IMG/VR virus record: IMGVR_UViG_3300045988_056900
Strand: one strand, 5' to 3'
Length of the DNA stretch: 64,000 nucleotides
Source: a virus
Below the pieces are notes generated by a model. It was not told the origin of the DNA and searched no databases. It worked only from the letters and a program-made list of their open reading frames with translations. This document shows, piece after piece, positions 38,783 to 48,246 of this stretch. The first letter of the stretch is position 1, and each line of letters opens with the position of its first letter. A program made the translations under genes and the position numbers.

Positions 38783-39305
38783 ATTTGTTATCTCTATCTA
38801 TTAGATCTAGATAACTGTAGTAGTCTTCTTCTGGTAATTCAGCCTCTATAGTTTCACCATTCCTATAATGAGGATAAAATAAACGTTTAGATAGTTCTGG
38901 AACTGGCACGTTAGTCCAGAATCTATTTATGTCAAGCTTGGCTTCTAAACTAAACGCTTTACCATAATTTTTAAGACTATTAATATCTTTTTTGTACTTA
39001 GGATTACTAAAACAATAAACTGTATAGTGTTTATTATTTATAGTAATATATTTCATATTATAGACAGTATCAAGATTTTTAAGTTTGCAGTACCTGTCTA
39101 GAGATTCTCTAGTATTTACTGAACTATCATATACAAGAAAGACCTTATCTTCTAAATAAGGTCTATTTTTGTCACTTGTATATGCATTTATAAATCCGCT
39201 TTCCACAGTTAAATCCCTCCAAGTTAGATTATCATCTAATAAAGGAACTATATATATACTTACATCATTTAAGGCTTTCAGTTCCATTATTCTCGTAATA
39301 TTCAC
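38781..39305 (-). CDS. Hypothetical protein
   Basis: Intact 174-aa ORF with a TAA stop. Confidence 0.75.
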   Translation of the reverse strand: MNITRIMELKALNDVSIYIVPLLDDNLTWRDLTVESGFINAYTSDKNRPYLEDKVFLVYDSSVNTRESLDRYCKLKNLDTVYNMKYITINNKHYTVYCFSNPKYKKDINSLKNYGKAFSLEAKLDINRFWTNVPVPELSKRLFYPHYRNGETIEAELPEEDYYSYLDLIDRDNK

Positions 39306-40239
39306 GAGTATGGTCCCAATTTCCTGTCTGATAATGATATGAAATTTCTGTTAAAGTATTTGCTATTAGGTCTTTACGGTCCAATAACTCTTTTTCATTT
39401 AACATATTAAATACACGTACTTCATTGTTACCATTACTTTGGATAGCAATAATATACGCTTCAAGATCATAGTCTTCTATATCGTAACCTTCCTCTTTCA
39501 TATACCAAGTAAGAGCAAGAATATAGAAGGCTATTTGTCTATAGTAATCGTATTCTTCTACAGAATGCTTAAAATTATAGACATCGGCGGTTGTTTTTAA
39601 GTCAATAAGAGTAATCTTTCTATTAGCATGATCAATCTTAACCCTATCTAATAGCGACTTACAAGATACTCTTTGTTTCTCTGCCTCCCAGTTTATATGA
39701 AACTCGTTATGACATTCCATACCTGGTTGGTCTGTAAGCAGTTCATCTGCTTTTATATGCTTTTCAATATTATCTTTAATATTCTTAAGCATATTTAAAT
39801 CTGCAAACGATATAATCGTATATAGATCTGTTTTCTCTAGAGCTTCTATATATTCAGCAAACTTGAGTTGTAACTCCTTTGCTTTTTTTAACATAGCATC
39901 TCTAGACATATTGTTACCAGAATATGCAAACTTATATGCATCTAGAAGCTTATCTTCTTCTACTATTTCCGCAGATGAATGATAACGTTCACAGAATGCT
40001 GTTTGTTGTGCCGTTTTAGGCTTTTCATAATCAATAACAATATAATTATGCCAGAACTCATCTGGCTGAAGAAGATACATATGTATCATAGTACCTTTAT
40101 CAAGATACTTAGCACTTATACCTTCTTCTTTACCGTCAAGCATATCCTTGAGGTAACGTGGTCCTTTCTTCAAGAACCACCCGATTGCTGAATTTGATAT
40201 TCGCGTGTTATCTTCATAATACGGAATCTCTATTTTCAT
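39265..40239 (-). CDS. PD-(D/E)XK (RecB/Cas4-like) nuclease
   Basis: LDRVKIDHANRKITLIDLKTT is a D...D/ExK core. YRQIAFYILAL matches the QxxxY motif of this family. Confidence 0.75.
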   Translation of the reverse strand: MKIEIPYYEDNTRISNSAIGWFLKKGPRYLKDMLDGKEEGISAKYLDKGTMIHMYLLQPDEFWHNYIVIDYEKPKTAQQTAFCERYHSSAEIVEEDKLLDAYKFAYSGNNMSRDAMLKKAKELQLKFAEYIEALEKTDLYTIISFADLNMLKNIKDNIEKHIKADELLTDQPGMECHNEFHINWEAEKQRVSCKSLLDRVKIDHANRKITLIDLKTTADVYNFKHSVEEYDYYRQIAFYILALTWYMKEEGYDIEDYDLEAYIIAIQSNGNNEVRVFNMLNEKELLDRKDLIANTLTEISYHYQTGNWDHTREYYENNGTESLK

Positions 40240-40325
40240 GCTGCTAAATATAAATCGGTTTCAACTTCCATGTTTGTATTCCATGGGATCTCGTCTTCTA
40301 TATCCTGACGGATATGTTTAGACAT
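40236..40325 (-). CDS. Possible 29-aa micro-ORF ending in -YLAA
   Basis: ATG at 40325. Translation is MSKHIRQDIEDEIPWNTNMEVETDLYLAA. Its TGA overlaps the ATG of the nuclease gene (ATGA). Confidence 0.4.
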   Translation of the reverse strand: MSKHIRQDIEDEIPWNTNMEVETDLYLAA

Positions 40326-40360
40326 CTTGTATATGACTATCGTTAGAAATAAAATCATAG

Positions 40361-41245
40361 TTAAAATGGATTCAAAATCTTATTCTCCATTATTTCGATA
40401 CATACTTCATCCATATCAGATGACTGTGTATCATCCTGAGTAGATACTTTGTCCTCTTCTTTTATTTTTTCAGTAGAAATATTCATATCTTTAGCTATTT
40501 GAGTTAAAGGTATATCTTCAAAGAGAACAACTTCATCTAAGAATGCAGAAATATTATCAAATGATTTTACTTTCATATATTTGTTAATGAAGTTCACAAC
40601 TTCATCTATATTCTTAACTCCTTTATCTTCTGCCATATAGCGTACAAATACAGAGTTAGAATTAGCTTCATACTGTTTGAAATAACGAACACGTGAGCAT
40701 CTATCAAAGAAGTTCTCATCTATCTTTTCTGCTCTATTACAAGTCATTAATACAAGTTTCTTTGCTGTTGACTCTACTCCATCCAAGAATCCTAATAGAT
40801 CCTTAGTTTCCCACCAATAATCGTTCTTCTCAATCTCATCAAACATGATTACTACAGGAGTAGTAAAGTTTTTGAAGAACGCACTTAGTTTATCAGCAGG
40901 ATAGTCAGTTGCAACAACAATAATAGGTAGATTACTTTCTAAGGCAATACGTTTAGAGAGCATTGTTTTGCCTGTACCTTTAGTACCAGCAAGTAATACA
41001 CCTGTTGTTTGGTTAGAACTTTCAGAATTGAAATAAGTAAGCACGCGATTAATAAAGTTATTATCCTCATCTAGCTTATACAGTTTCTTTGGCATATTCA
41101 AATCACCATTTTCTACTAGATAAGATTTTCCTTCCATACGATTGTACTTTAGATCGTATACTTTACCTTTAATAAGTTCATATGCTAATCCTTCTAACTT
41201 TGGTTTAACTGTGATCTCATTACCTACTTTAATAAATTCTGCCAT
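40361..41245 (-). CDS. AAA+ ATPase
   Basis: Walker A GVLLAGTKGTGKTML and Walker B VVIMFDEIEK. Confidence 0.85.
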   Translation of the reverse strand: MAEFIKVGNEITVKPKLEGLAYELIKGKVYDLKYNRMEGKSYLVENGDLNMPKKLYKLDEDNNFINRVLTYFNSESSNQTTGVLLAGTKGTGKTMLSKRIALESNLPIIVVATDYPADKLSAFFKNFTTPVVIMFDEIEKNDYWWETKDLLGFLDGVESTAKKLVLMTCNRAEKIDENFFDRCSRVRYFKQYEANSNSVFVRYMAEDKGVKNIDEVVNFINKYMKVKSFDNISAFLDEVVLFEDIPLTQIAKDMNISTEKIKEEDKVSTQDDTQSSDMDEVCIEIMENKILNPF

Positions 41246-41295
41246 AACTTCTGTTTTTATGTTTTTAGTTTGTCGATTAACTCATCGACTTGTTT

Positions 41296-41637
41296 CTACG
41301 TATGTACAACATAGAACGCTGTTTTAGGTTCATGTGTGTACAAATAATAGTTAAATAACTTTTCACGTAAAGGCCATGCCTCATTTGGAAAGCCTTTACA
41401 TTCAATCACAAAACCTTTACCAACAAAGTCTGGTAAATAGGTCATTGCTCTATATTTTTTGTTGTTAAAAGTAAAAGCTGGAAGTAGCTCATATCTATGC
41501 ATTTCATAATCTGCTAGAATATTTGCTTCTTTCAGCTTTTTATATGTATATGTTTCAAGTTTACTTCGAAATTTAATTCCGTCATATTCGTTAGGAGTTG
41601 CATTTCGAACTCTACCTTGTTTTTTCTATTTCTTCAT
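41296..41637 (-). CDS. DUF1064-like small endonuclease; the proposed start requires reading TAG at codon 4
   Basis: EYDGIKFRSKLE...YLPDF...IECKG is a DUF1064-type pattern. The conserved N-terminal part lies upstream of the track's Met (41502). The only in-frame ATG is at 41637, followed by AAG AAA TAG. Confidence 0.55.
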
Positions 41638-42589
41638 ATAACCATTTTTTTACTTTCTCAAATCCATTTGCTTTAATAGCGTCAGATATATCTTTTGCCT
41701 TAAATTTCTTATGGACTAACATACCTTCTAAACCTGTTTTAAGGCTTATTTTACGGAGATATTTTACTCCAGCTTCATCTCTATCAAATAGTATAATAAT
41801 ACGTTTAAATCGCTTCTTTAACTGTTCTAGAATCTTATTAGGTATAAATGTAGATTCAGATGAAGGTGAAATGGCTGGAATACCCATTTCATATAAACAC
41901 ATAACATCTTTCATACTTTTAGTAATAATTAAGATGTCACCTGTTTTTGGAAGCTGCTTAAATCCCTGAATATCTAATTCAGTAAGATTATTACGCCACT
42001 TTGTATATTTGTCTGCTAAAGGTTTATATATCTTAAAATGATTGTATACCTTATAAGCATACATAGGATTATCTTCTTTATAAATGCTTTTTACTATGCC
42101 ATTACATAGGTAGTACTTTATACTACTTACTCCAAATTTTCTTAGAGTTTCTACCGTAATATTAAACTGCTTCCAGTAATTGATGTCAGTTTCAGTAAAT
42201 TCCTGACGTACAACACCAATTACTGTTTCAGTTGACGGTATATATTGCTTAGAGCTAACGAGTTGCGTATCGTTAGTAATTTTAAGTCTTTCAACAATAT
42301 CTTTAAGTATATCCGAGTAATTAGTTATACCTGTATAAAGTTCTATAAACTTTATTACATTTCCACACTGACCTGTTCCATGATCTTTAAACAACAACTG
42401 TTTTGTTTTTCTACTATAAAAGCATCCAAACGAAGGAGTTTTGTCTTTTCTCAATGGAGAATTATAGATCATTCCTACTTTAAAATTACCTATATACGCT
42501 GCATATATATCATACTCACTTACTCTAGAAAGAATCCAATCTAGAGTGATATTAAATGTATCTTTTACTTTTGTTGTATCGTAAATCAT
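41612..42589 (-). CDS. dnaG: DnaG-like DNA primase (Toprim)
   Basis: DKTPSFGCF...GQCGNVIKF is a zinc-binding-like region. RIIILFDRDEAGVKY is a Toprim motif. The stop codon is TAG. Confidence 0.8.
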   Translation of the reverse strand: MIYDTTKVKDTFNITLDWILSRVSEYDIYAAYIGNFKVGMIYNSPLRKDKTPSFGCFYSRKTKQLLFKDHGTGQCGNVIKFIELYTGITNYSDILKDIVERLKITNDTQLVSSKQYIPSTETVIGVVRQEFTETDINYWKQFNITVETLRKFGVSSIKYYLCNGIVKSIYKEDNPMYAYKVYNHFKIYKPLADKYTKWRNNLTELDIQGFKQLPKTGDILIITKSMKDVMCLYEMGIPAISPSSESTFIPNKILEQLKKRFKRIIILFDRDEAGVKYLRKISLKTGLEGMLVHKKFKAKDISDAIKANGFEKVKKWLYEEIEKTR

Positions 42590-42608
42590 ATGATATATTA
42601 TTTATTGT

Positions 42609-42679
42609 CAAAGCAACGGGACTCGAACCACGTCGTATAAGCAATCAACCTTATACGTAACCCAATTTGTTATACTTCG
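42609..42679 (-). ncRNA. Non-canonical tRNA-like element (~71 nt)
   Basis: Acceptor CGAAGTA/TGCTTTG (two G:U pairs), D-like arm TAAC-AAATTGG-GTTA, 7-bp stem with an 8-nt loop (GTATAAG-GTTGATTG-CTTATAC), and T arm ACG(T)GG-TTCGAGT-CCCGT. It sits 19 nt upstream of the primase ATG. Confidence 0.4.
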
Positions 42680-42686
42680 GTATAAA

Positions 42687-42712
42687 ACGTAGGTTAGAAT
42701 CCTAACCTACGT
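42687..42712 (-). terminator. Terminator hairpin after the SSB gene
   Basis: 11-bp perfect stem ACGTAGGTTAG / CTAACCTACGT with a 4-nt loop, followed on the minus strand by TTTAT. Confidence 0.7.
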
Positions 42713-42755
42713 ATTCCTAGCTTATGCTCTAGGTAGCTACTATTTTTAAGTTATC

Positions 42756-43379
42756 TTAGAACGGCAGATCGTCTGCTGGAGAACTGTTCATAGTAGATAG
42801 ATCATCTACTTTAGTCTCTTTATCAGCAATGACAGGTTTTGTAAATCTGTCAATAGACAACTCTCTAATCAAACTCTTATTTTCTGGATTTGTTTCTTTG
42901 TCGTAGAACCCTTCTGGTAATACCATAGGTTCAATTACTGCAAATTTAACATAAGTAGGCAAAGTAGTATAACCATTATCATTATAAACTACTTTAACCT
43001 TCAATAAGACATCTTTATTAGCTGCATTTAGCATTGTTACTACCCATTCAGTAAATTCTTTATAAGAACTACCATTAAAGTTCAGTACTCCTTTAGGATA
43101 GAAACAATTCATAATTCGCATTATACGAGTAACTACATTAGTTACTTTAGCCTGATTCTGTTCAGCAGAATCTCCTTCTCTTTCATTTGGTTCCCACTCT
43201 GTATGTAGTAACTCTTTTCCGTCTTTTTCAAAACGAAACTCCATAAAGTTTTTTCCAGTAGGAGATGTTGCTGCTCTTACACCAGTAAACTTAACATTAT
43301 CATGAATACCTGCTTCAAGATATTTACTGTCATTACTTGTTATTGCTACTTTGCTTGCTAATTCTGTACTATAAACCAT
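42756..43379 (-). CDS. ssb: Single-stranded DNA-binding protein
   Basis: The C-terminal acidic tip ...SSPADDLPF matches the bacterial SSB DDD(I/L)PF tail. The gene lies between primase and recombinase genes. Confidence 0.75.
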   Translation of the reverse strand: MVYSTELASKVAITSNDSKYLEAGIHDNVKFTGVRAATSPTGKNFMEFRFEKDGKELLHTEWEPNEREGDSAEQNQAKVTNVVTRIMRIMNCFYPKGVLNFNGSSYKEFTEWVVTMLNAANKDVLLKVKVVYNDNGYTTLPTYVKFAVIEPMVLPEGFYDKETNPENKSLIRELSIDRFTKPVIADKETKVDDLSTMNSSPADDLPF

Positions 43380-43399
43380 AATTTCTTTGTTTTGTGTTA

Positions 43400-44140
43400 T
43401 TATTCAGGTAAGAAAATTCTGTCCATGTGAAACGTAATTTCACCGTCTTCGTCGCTTTCTGCTACTACAATATTCTTACCTCGTAAATGTGGTGCTCTTG
43501 CTTCTCTTACTATATTACTTCCTCCTTCAAAGGAAATAATTGTTTCGTTTTTCTTTCGATAAACATAACCAATAGCATCAGCTTCACCACAGATAATATC
43601 TCCTAATCTACCAGTAAGATCTAGAGTCATTTCTGACATCTCTTGACCTTCAATATTTATCTGCTTATCACGAGTATGAGCAATTAATATAAGATGATCA
43701 CTTAGATCTCTGAACAAGTCGATTACCTTTTTAACAGCCATTCTTAGCCACATATAACCACTTCCATTTGGAAGAGTACGAATGTCTGTACCTTGATAAT
43801 TTTTTCCTTGATTAGTGCCTTTGTAGAGCTGTATGGCATAGCCCATGCATATTTCCTCAAGTCGAGTTGCATTATCTATAGTAATATACTTATACGGTCT
43901 TTTGCCTGTATTCTTAATTTCTTCTCTAATTGCAGCCACAATATCTCCAAAATCTTTTACAGATCTTGCTTGTACAACTAGTGCAGATAAAGCCTGATAA
44001 CCATTCTCTAAATCTATAATTAGATTATTGTCTAGAGAAGCCATAAGACTGGATTTACCAGCCTTAGGTTTCCCATAAAACACAGAGAACTTTGGATTAC
44101 ATATCTTTACTTCTGTTTTTTCTTTTGGTAATACAATCAT
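43400..44140 (-). CDS. RecA-like / Sak4-type (AAA_24-like) ATPase
   Basis: Walker A FYGKPKAGKSSL and a Walker-B-like HLILIAHTRD. Confidence 0.7.
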   Translation of the reverse strand: MIVLPKEKTEVKICNPKFSVFYGKPKAGKSSLMASLDNNLIIDLENGYQALSALVVQARSVKDFGDIVAAIREEIKNTGKRPYKYITIDNATRLEEICMGYAIQLYKGTNQGKNYQGTDIRTLPNGSGYMWLRMAVKKVIDLFRDLSDHLILIAHTRDKQINIEGQEMSEMTLDLTGRLGDIICGEADAIGYVYRKKNETIISFEGGSNIVREARAPHLRGKNIVVAESDEDGEITFHMDRIFLPE

Positions 44141-44170
44141 AAAGCTTGTTTATTTTTGTATTCCGTGTAT

Positions 44171-44198
44171 TCTGATAAACTCTGACAATTTCTGATAA
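44171..44198 (-). promoter_or_regulatory. Three 10-bp-phased TTATCAGA-type repeats upstream of gene 43400..44140
   Basis: On the plus strand: TCTGATAA 44171, TCTGACAA 44181 and TCTGATAA 44191. Confidence 0.45.
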
Positions 44199-44218
44199 GT
44201 ACGGAATTAATATCTTAT

Positions 44219-44656
44219 TTAGAACCAACCATTATTTTTAATCTTAATTGTGATATCAATAATAGTCTTCTTTGTTTTCGGTTTTAGATGGTTCAATGAG
44301 CCCGGCATAATAGGAATAATGTCGTAGCCAATCTGAACGAAATTATCGAAGATACGAATCGGAGTACCGAATTCATCTTCAAAGTCATAATCTTTTGCAA
44401 GAGAACTAAGTCCTGCAATAGCTTTGAAGAACTCGTCTTCCAAATTATACTTATTATTCAAGAAGTCATTTGCTGTATAACCCAAATTTGTCGGGATAGT
44501 ATCTAATAGATACAAATCAACAGTAGTCTTTTTCTCTTTCTTGCCACCCAACCAAGGATATGCATTCAAGAATTTTTCAGCTAGACTTTCTTTAAAGTTA
44601 TTAGCACTAGTATTATTATTTTTCTTCGGTAATGTAAATGTATATGTTGTAATCAT
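44219..44656 (-). CDS. Hypothetical protein
   Basis: Intact 145-aa ORF. Confidence 0.75.
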   Translation of the reverse strand: MITTYTFTLPKKNNNTSANNFKESLAEKFLNAYPWLGGKKEKKTTVDLYLLDTIPTNLGYTANDFLNNKYNLEDEFFKAIAGLSSLAKDYDFEDEFGTPIRIFDNFVQIGYDIIPIMPGSLNHLKPKTKKTIIDITIKIKNNGWF

Positions 44657-44669
44657 AATTTTTCAGCCT

Positions 44670-45650
44670 TTAATTGTTATTACTAAACGAAATCTTCTTC
44701 GTAGGTTCTTCTTCCCTTATAGTCTCAATTAAATTATTGTATTTTAGATCGTTATCAAACTCAAGTATAGCGCACTCTCCAGCATCCCTATTCTTTAGGA
44801 TATGAAGATAGACTTTATTCTTAACTAGTAAACGATTCGGTCCATACTGTTGTATATTGAGTAGTTCCGGTCTATGAATACATATAACATAATCAGATGC
44901 ATGGAATATAGTATCCGCAGAAGAAATGTCACTACGCATTGGGTAATGCATAGATGGATTGTTAATCCTATCAGGAGCTTCAATGTTTCGATTCATCTGT
45001 GATAACTGAATTATAGTAGTATTAGGGTACTTTTTAACCTTAATAAACAGTTTCTGTAAATCGGAAATCACTTTCAGTGCAGATTCTTGACCTTCTACAA
45101 GTAAAGTATGATCAAGGATAATAATAAATTTCTTACCCTTTGCATAGTTCTCGTAAAAATAATCAATAGTAGAAGCTATTTCTCCAACCGTCCCAGGTGT
45201 ATCAACATAATATATCTGGTATGATTTTATTTGTTGAGACGCTGTCTCAACTTGCGCCAATGTGTCATCGTTTAATTCCTCGTTAGCGCTATATAGCTGT
45301 GCAGTAGTTTGCCTTAACTTACTACTTAATTTTCTACCTACCTGCCTTGAACTTAACATCTCAAATGAGAAGTTAAGGATAACTACATCCTGTTCAGGAT
45401 TTAGATCTATTAAATCATTTTCAAGTGTATTAACAAATGATGATTTACCACTACCAGATATACCTACTATAGTATATATCGTATTAGGTTCAATTCCACC
45501 CATACAGTGTTTATTGAACTTATTCCACCTTGTTCTTAAAGATTGAATCTCATGATTCTTTCTTTGTTTTATATATTCTACTGCTTCTTTAGCTGCAATA
45601 GATATATGGCGGAAGGTAAGCGTATTAGTAGAGTTCTGTTCCATAATCAT
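44670..45650 (-). CDS. dnaB: DnaB-like replicative helicase (RecA-fold domain)
   Basis: Walker A GISGSGKSSF, Walker B FIIILDHTLL, and LSQMNRN, which matches the DnaB SQLNR motif. Confidence 0.8.
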   Translation of the reverse strand: MIMEQNSTNTLTFRHISIAAKEAVEYIKQRKNHEIQSLRTRWNKFNKHCMGGIEPNTIYTIVGISGSGKSSFVNTLENDLIDLNPEQDVVILNFSFEMLSSRQVGRKLSSKLRQTTAQLYSANEELNDDTLAQVETASQQIKSYQIYYVDTPGTVGEIASTIDYFYENYAKGKKFIIILDHTLLVEGQESALKVISDLQKLFIKVKKYPNTTIIQLSQMNRNIEAPDRINNPSMHYPMRSDISSADTIFHASDYVICIHRPELLNIQQYGPNRLLVKNKVYLHILKNRDAGECAILEFDNDLKYNNLIETIREEEPTKKISFSNNN

Positions 45651-46191
45651 TACTAATTATTGGTTCTTCTACTTTCATTTGTTCCTCGTATGTCTCCCAC
45701 TCATGTTGAGTGAGCCATTTCCACATAGTTTTCATATAACCGATTTTACCAGTAATCATTTTATTATCTATCTCATAAGATAAACATTTCATGATGTGCT
45801 GATGCATTGCTTTGCTTTTGCCAATTATTCGATTATATTCCTTCCTACATTTGTTCACATTTGCCCTTAAAAAACCTTTGGTTCCGTCAGGTCTTATAAC
45901 ATAAACTGGAAATAGGTCATAGAATTCATCAAACATAGATTTATCTTCTTTAAGAAGTTCTTCTAGTTTTTCTGTTTTCTTTATGACTGTGGTATTGTCT
46001 ACAGTGCTGGTAGCAATTAGACCACGAGACTCTAACTCTTGTATCTCTTCTTCATTAACTAGGCTGAGAAGTTTCTGAATGTCTTGATTGATGTTTTTGA
46101 TATCACTCAATACAAGCGTTAGGAATACTAACTGATTAATAGATAAGTTTTCAATCCTATCAAGGATTGAGGTGTCTATTTCTAAAATCAT
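45625..46191 (-). CDS. Hypothetical replication-module protein
   Basis: Intact 188-aa ORF that overlaps the helicase start. Confidence 0.7.
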   Translation of the reverse strand: MILEIDTSILDRIENLSINQLVFLTLVLSDIKNINQDIQKLLSLVNEEEIQELESRGLIATSTVDNTTVIKKTEKLEELLKEDKSMFDEFYDLFPVYVIRPDGTKGFLRANVNKCRKEYNRIIGKSKAMHQHIMKCLSYEIDNKMITGKIGYMKTMWKWLTQHEWETYEEQMKVEEPIISNDYGTELY

Positions 46192-46246
46192 ATTCTCATA
46201 TATTATACGAGCATACGGTATTTGAAATATATCTGATAAGCCTTTG

Positions 46247-48226
46247 TTAATCCCATAGGCTCATTTGTAACGGTTTTAATTCACGGATTATCTTATAGGC
46301 TTCCATAATGTAATACCTATAATTAATCTTTCTCTCTTCAATTGGTTTATCGTCTAAGTAATTTAATAAAGTAACACCAGATGCAGTAAGCATATTCTGA
46401 TACTGTTTTTCTTTTGCAACAAATATCTTTTTACCTACATATGGTTCATCATATTCTATAATTTCACCTTCTTTGTGTCCTGTTGGTTTCCATTTCCATA
46501 AATAGGCACCATTAGTACTTGCATAGAAACGATTAGTCCTTTGTTGTTCTTTATTATTATACTCAACATGCCATTGTTTACCAGTCTTTTCAGCCATTAG
46601 AAAGTCTCTAATGTCTTGGCAACCTTTTATAGTTTCTTCTACTGGTACTCCGTTCTTAAAAAAGTTTATTACTGCTTTCGGTATGATCTTCGGAGTTAGA
46701 CCTTTCCCTAATTTCACAGTAGTAATAAACATACCCTTTTCTTTTACTTTATCATCTTCAGTAATAGCAAAGTAGTCATTTATAGCATATTGATACATAG
46801 CCTTAAAACGTTCTTCTTCTAAAGTAAGTTTAGTAAGTTGTTCCCATTCTCTGCATACTTTGTTTACACTATCATATACAGATTTTTTAAGTAATACAAA
46901 CAGACCATCTGTATTAGCTTGGACGATTCGACATCCTAATTGGGTTAGTTTTTCAGCTAGCATTAGTAATAGTAACTGCCCATTTATACGTATTTGCATT
47001 ACTGCAAATGGACTATAACAGAAATTATGTGGATTCTGTAAGTTACCTGATAATCCATTGAGAGCAAGCTTTAAGGTTTCGTTTTTAACCTTATTGCCAT
47101 TGTGTTTAGCTTCGATGCGCTCATCTTTAATTTGTCTATATACTTCTAGAAATTCAGGTCCTAAATGTTTAGGATAGAACCCATATTCTATTAGCATACT
47201 TGGATATAGTGATGCAACATCTATATCAATGAGCATTTCATCTTCTTTTGGTATAACTATTTCAGGATCATTCACTGAATGAATTCCTCCAACTCCTACA
47301 GAATATCTTAATCCTTCAAATATGAATTTATTTTCATATCCTTTTCTTCCTGGAGATACTATTTGACTTTTCATATCATCTAGTACTTTTTGAAGTATAG
47401 GACTATCATACTTAATAAATGGTAGGATTACCTTATTTAAAGGTATTACATCCATTGGAGATCTTAAATCTTTAATATCATACCAGGTTTGACCTGTCTT
47501 TTCAAGATATTTCTGAGTTAAAATCTTCATTCCAATGTTTACTCCGTCTTTACTAAGTACTCTTACTCCGTATTCATCTTCAATAGCTAACCTTAAATCT
47601 ACATCTTTTTTACATCTATTGAGTAACTCTTCAGTAGAATTAACATCATTAATATTATACTCAATCATTGAATCTATTTGATTTTCAGGTAAATCTGCCT
47701 GCCAATCTGCAACAAATTCCTGTACATTTCTGTACTGCATTGTTACTTGAATTTCTTTCAAACCTACTCTTAACTTATTGCTATAAAGCATAGTAAGAAT
47801 ATCAAACGAATCAAAACAAATCATATACTTCCACTTACTCCAAGCTCTAATATCGTCTTCACTTGAAGTAGTAATTACTTTACTTAAATTAAATATAGAT
47901 CTACATATATCTCTATATCCTTTGTATTTCATTACAACATAATAATCTATTATATAATTTATAATAGGATTATCATAATGAAGATTATTATAACCACAAA
48001 ATAATTTATTAGTATTTAACTGAATTTTTGTAGTATATAAGTCTCCGAAAGTATAGTCTGTATTAACTGTATGAAAGAAATTGACTAATTCATCTAATTG
48101 ATTTCTTCTGCAAGATATTTCAAATTTATGCAATTCACCTGTTTCTGTATTTTTTACAGTACAATGGAAAACATTGGGGAATACCTCAATATCATATACA
48201 TAAACAATCTTATCTCGTATAATCAT
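46247..48226 (-). CDS. Family B DNA polymerase
   Basis: Exo I VYDIEVF, Exo II YNNLHYDNPII, Exo III YNINDVNSTEEL, motif A DVASLYPSML, motif B KLALNGLSG, motif C ANTDGLFV. Confidence 0.9.
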   Translation of the reverse strand: MIIRDKIVYVYDIEVFPNVFHCTVKNTETGELHKFEISCRRNQLDELVNFFHTVNTDYTFGDLYTTKIQLNTNKLFCGYNNLHYDNPIINYIIDYYVVMKYKGYRDICRSIFNLSKVITTSSEDDIRAWSKWKYMICFDSFDILTMLYSNKLRVGLKEIQVTMQYRNVQEFVADWQADLPENQIDSMIEYNINDVNSTEELLNRCKKDVDLRLAIEDEYGVRVLSKDGVNIGMKILTQKYLEKTGQTWYDIKDLRSPMDVIPLNKVILPFIKYDSPILQKVLDDMKSQIVSPGRKGYENKFIFEGLRYSVGVGGIHSVNDPEIVIPKEDEMLIDIDVASLYPSMLIEYGFYPKHLGPEFLEVYRQIKDERIEAKHNGNKVKNETLKLALNGLSGNLQNPHNFCYSPFAVMQIRINGQLLLLMLAEKLTQLGCRIVQANTDGLFVLLKKSVYDSVNKVCREWEQLTKLTLEEERFKAMYQYAINDYFAITEDDKVKEKGMFITTVKLGKGLTPKIIPKAVINFFKNGVPVEETIKGCQDIRDFLMAEKTGKQWHVEYNNKEQQRTNRFYASTNGAYLWKWKPTGHKEGEIIEYDEPYVGKKIFVAKEKQYQNMLTASGVTLLNYLDDKPIEERKINYRYYIMEAYKIIRELKPLQMSLWD

Positions 48227-48246
48227 AATTAATAATGTTAGTTTGA

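Noticed and set aside
41598-42544. Plus-strand ORFs 41598..41969 and 42245..42544 opposite the primase gene.
   Set aside because: They are shadow ORFs. The primase frame contains Toprim and zinc-region motifs.
42687-42712. A hairpin containing TAGAATC/GATTCTA was considered as an anticodon arm of a suppressor tRNA.
   Set aside because: The stem is 11 bp with a 4-nt loop and is followed by a T-run on the minus strand directly after the SSB gene. It therefore behaves as a terminator.
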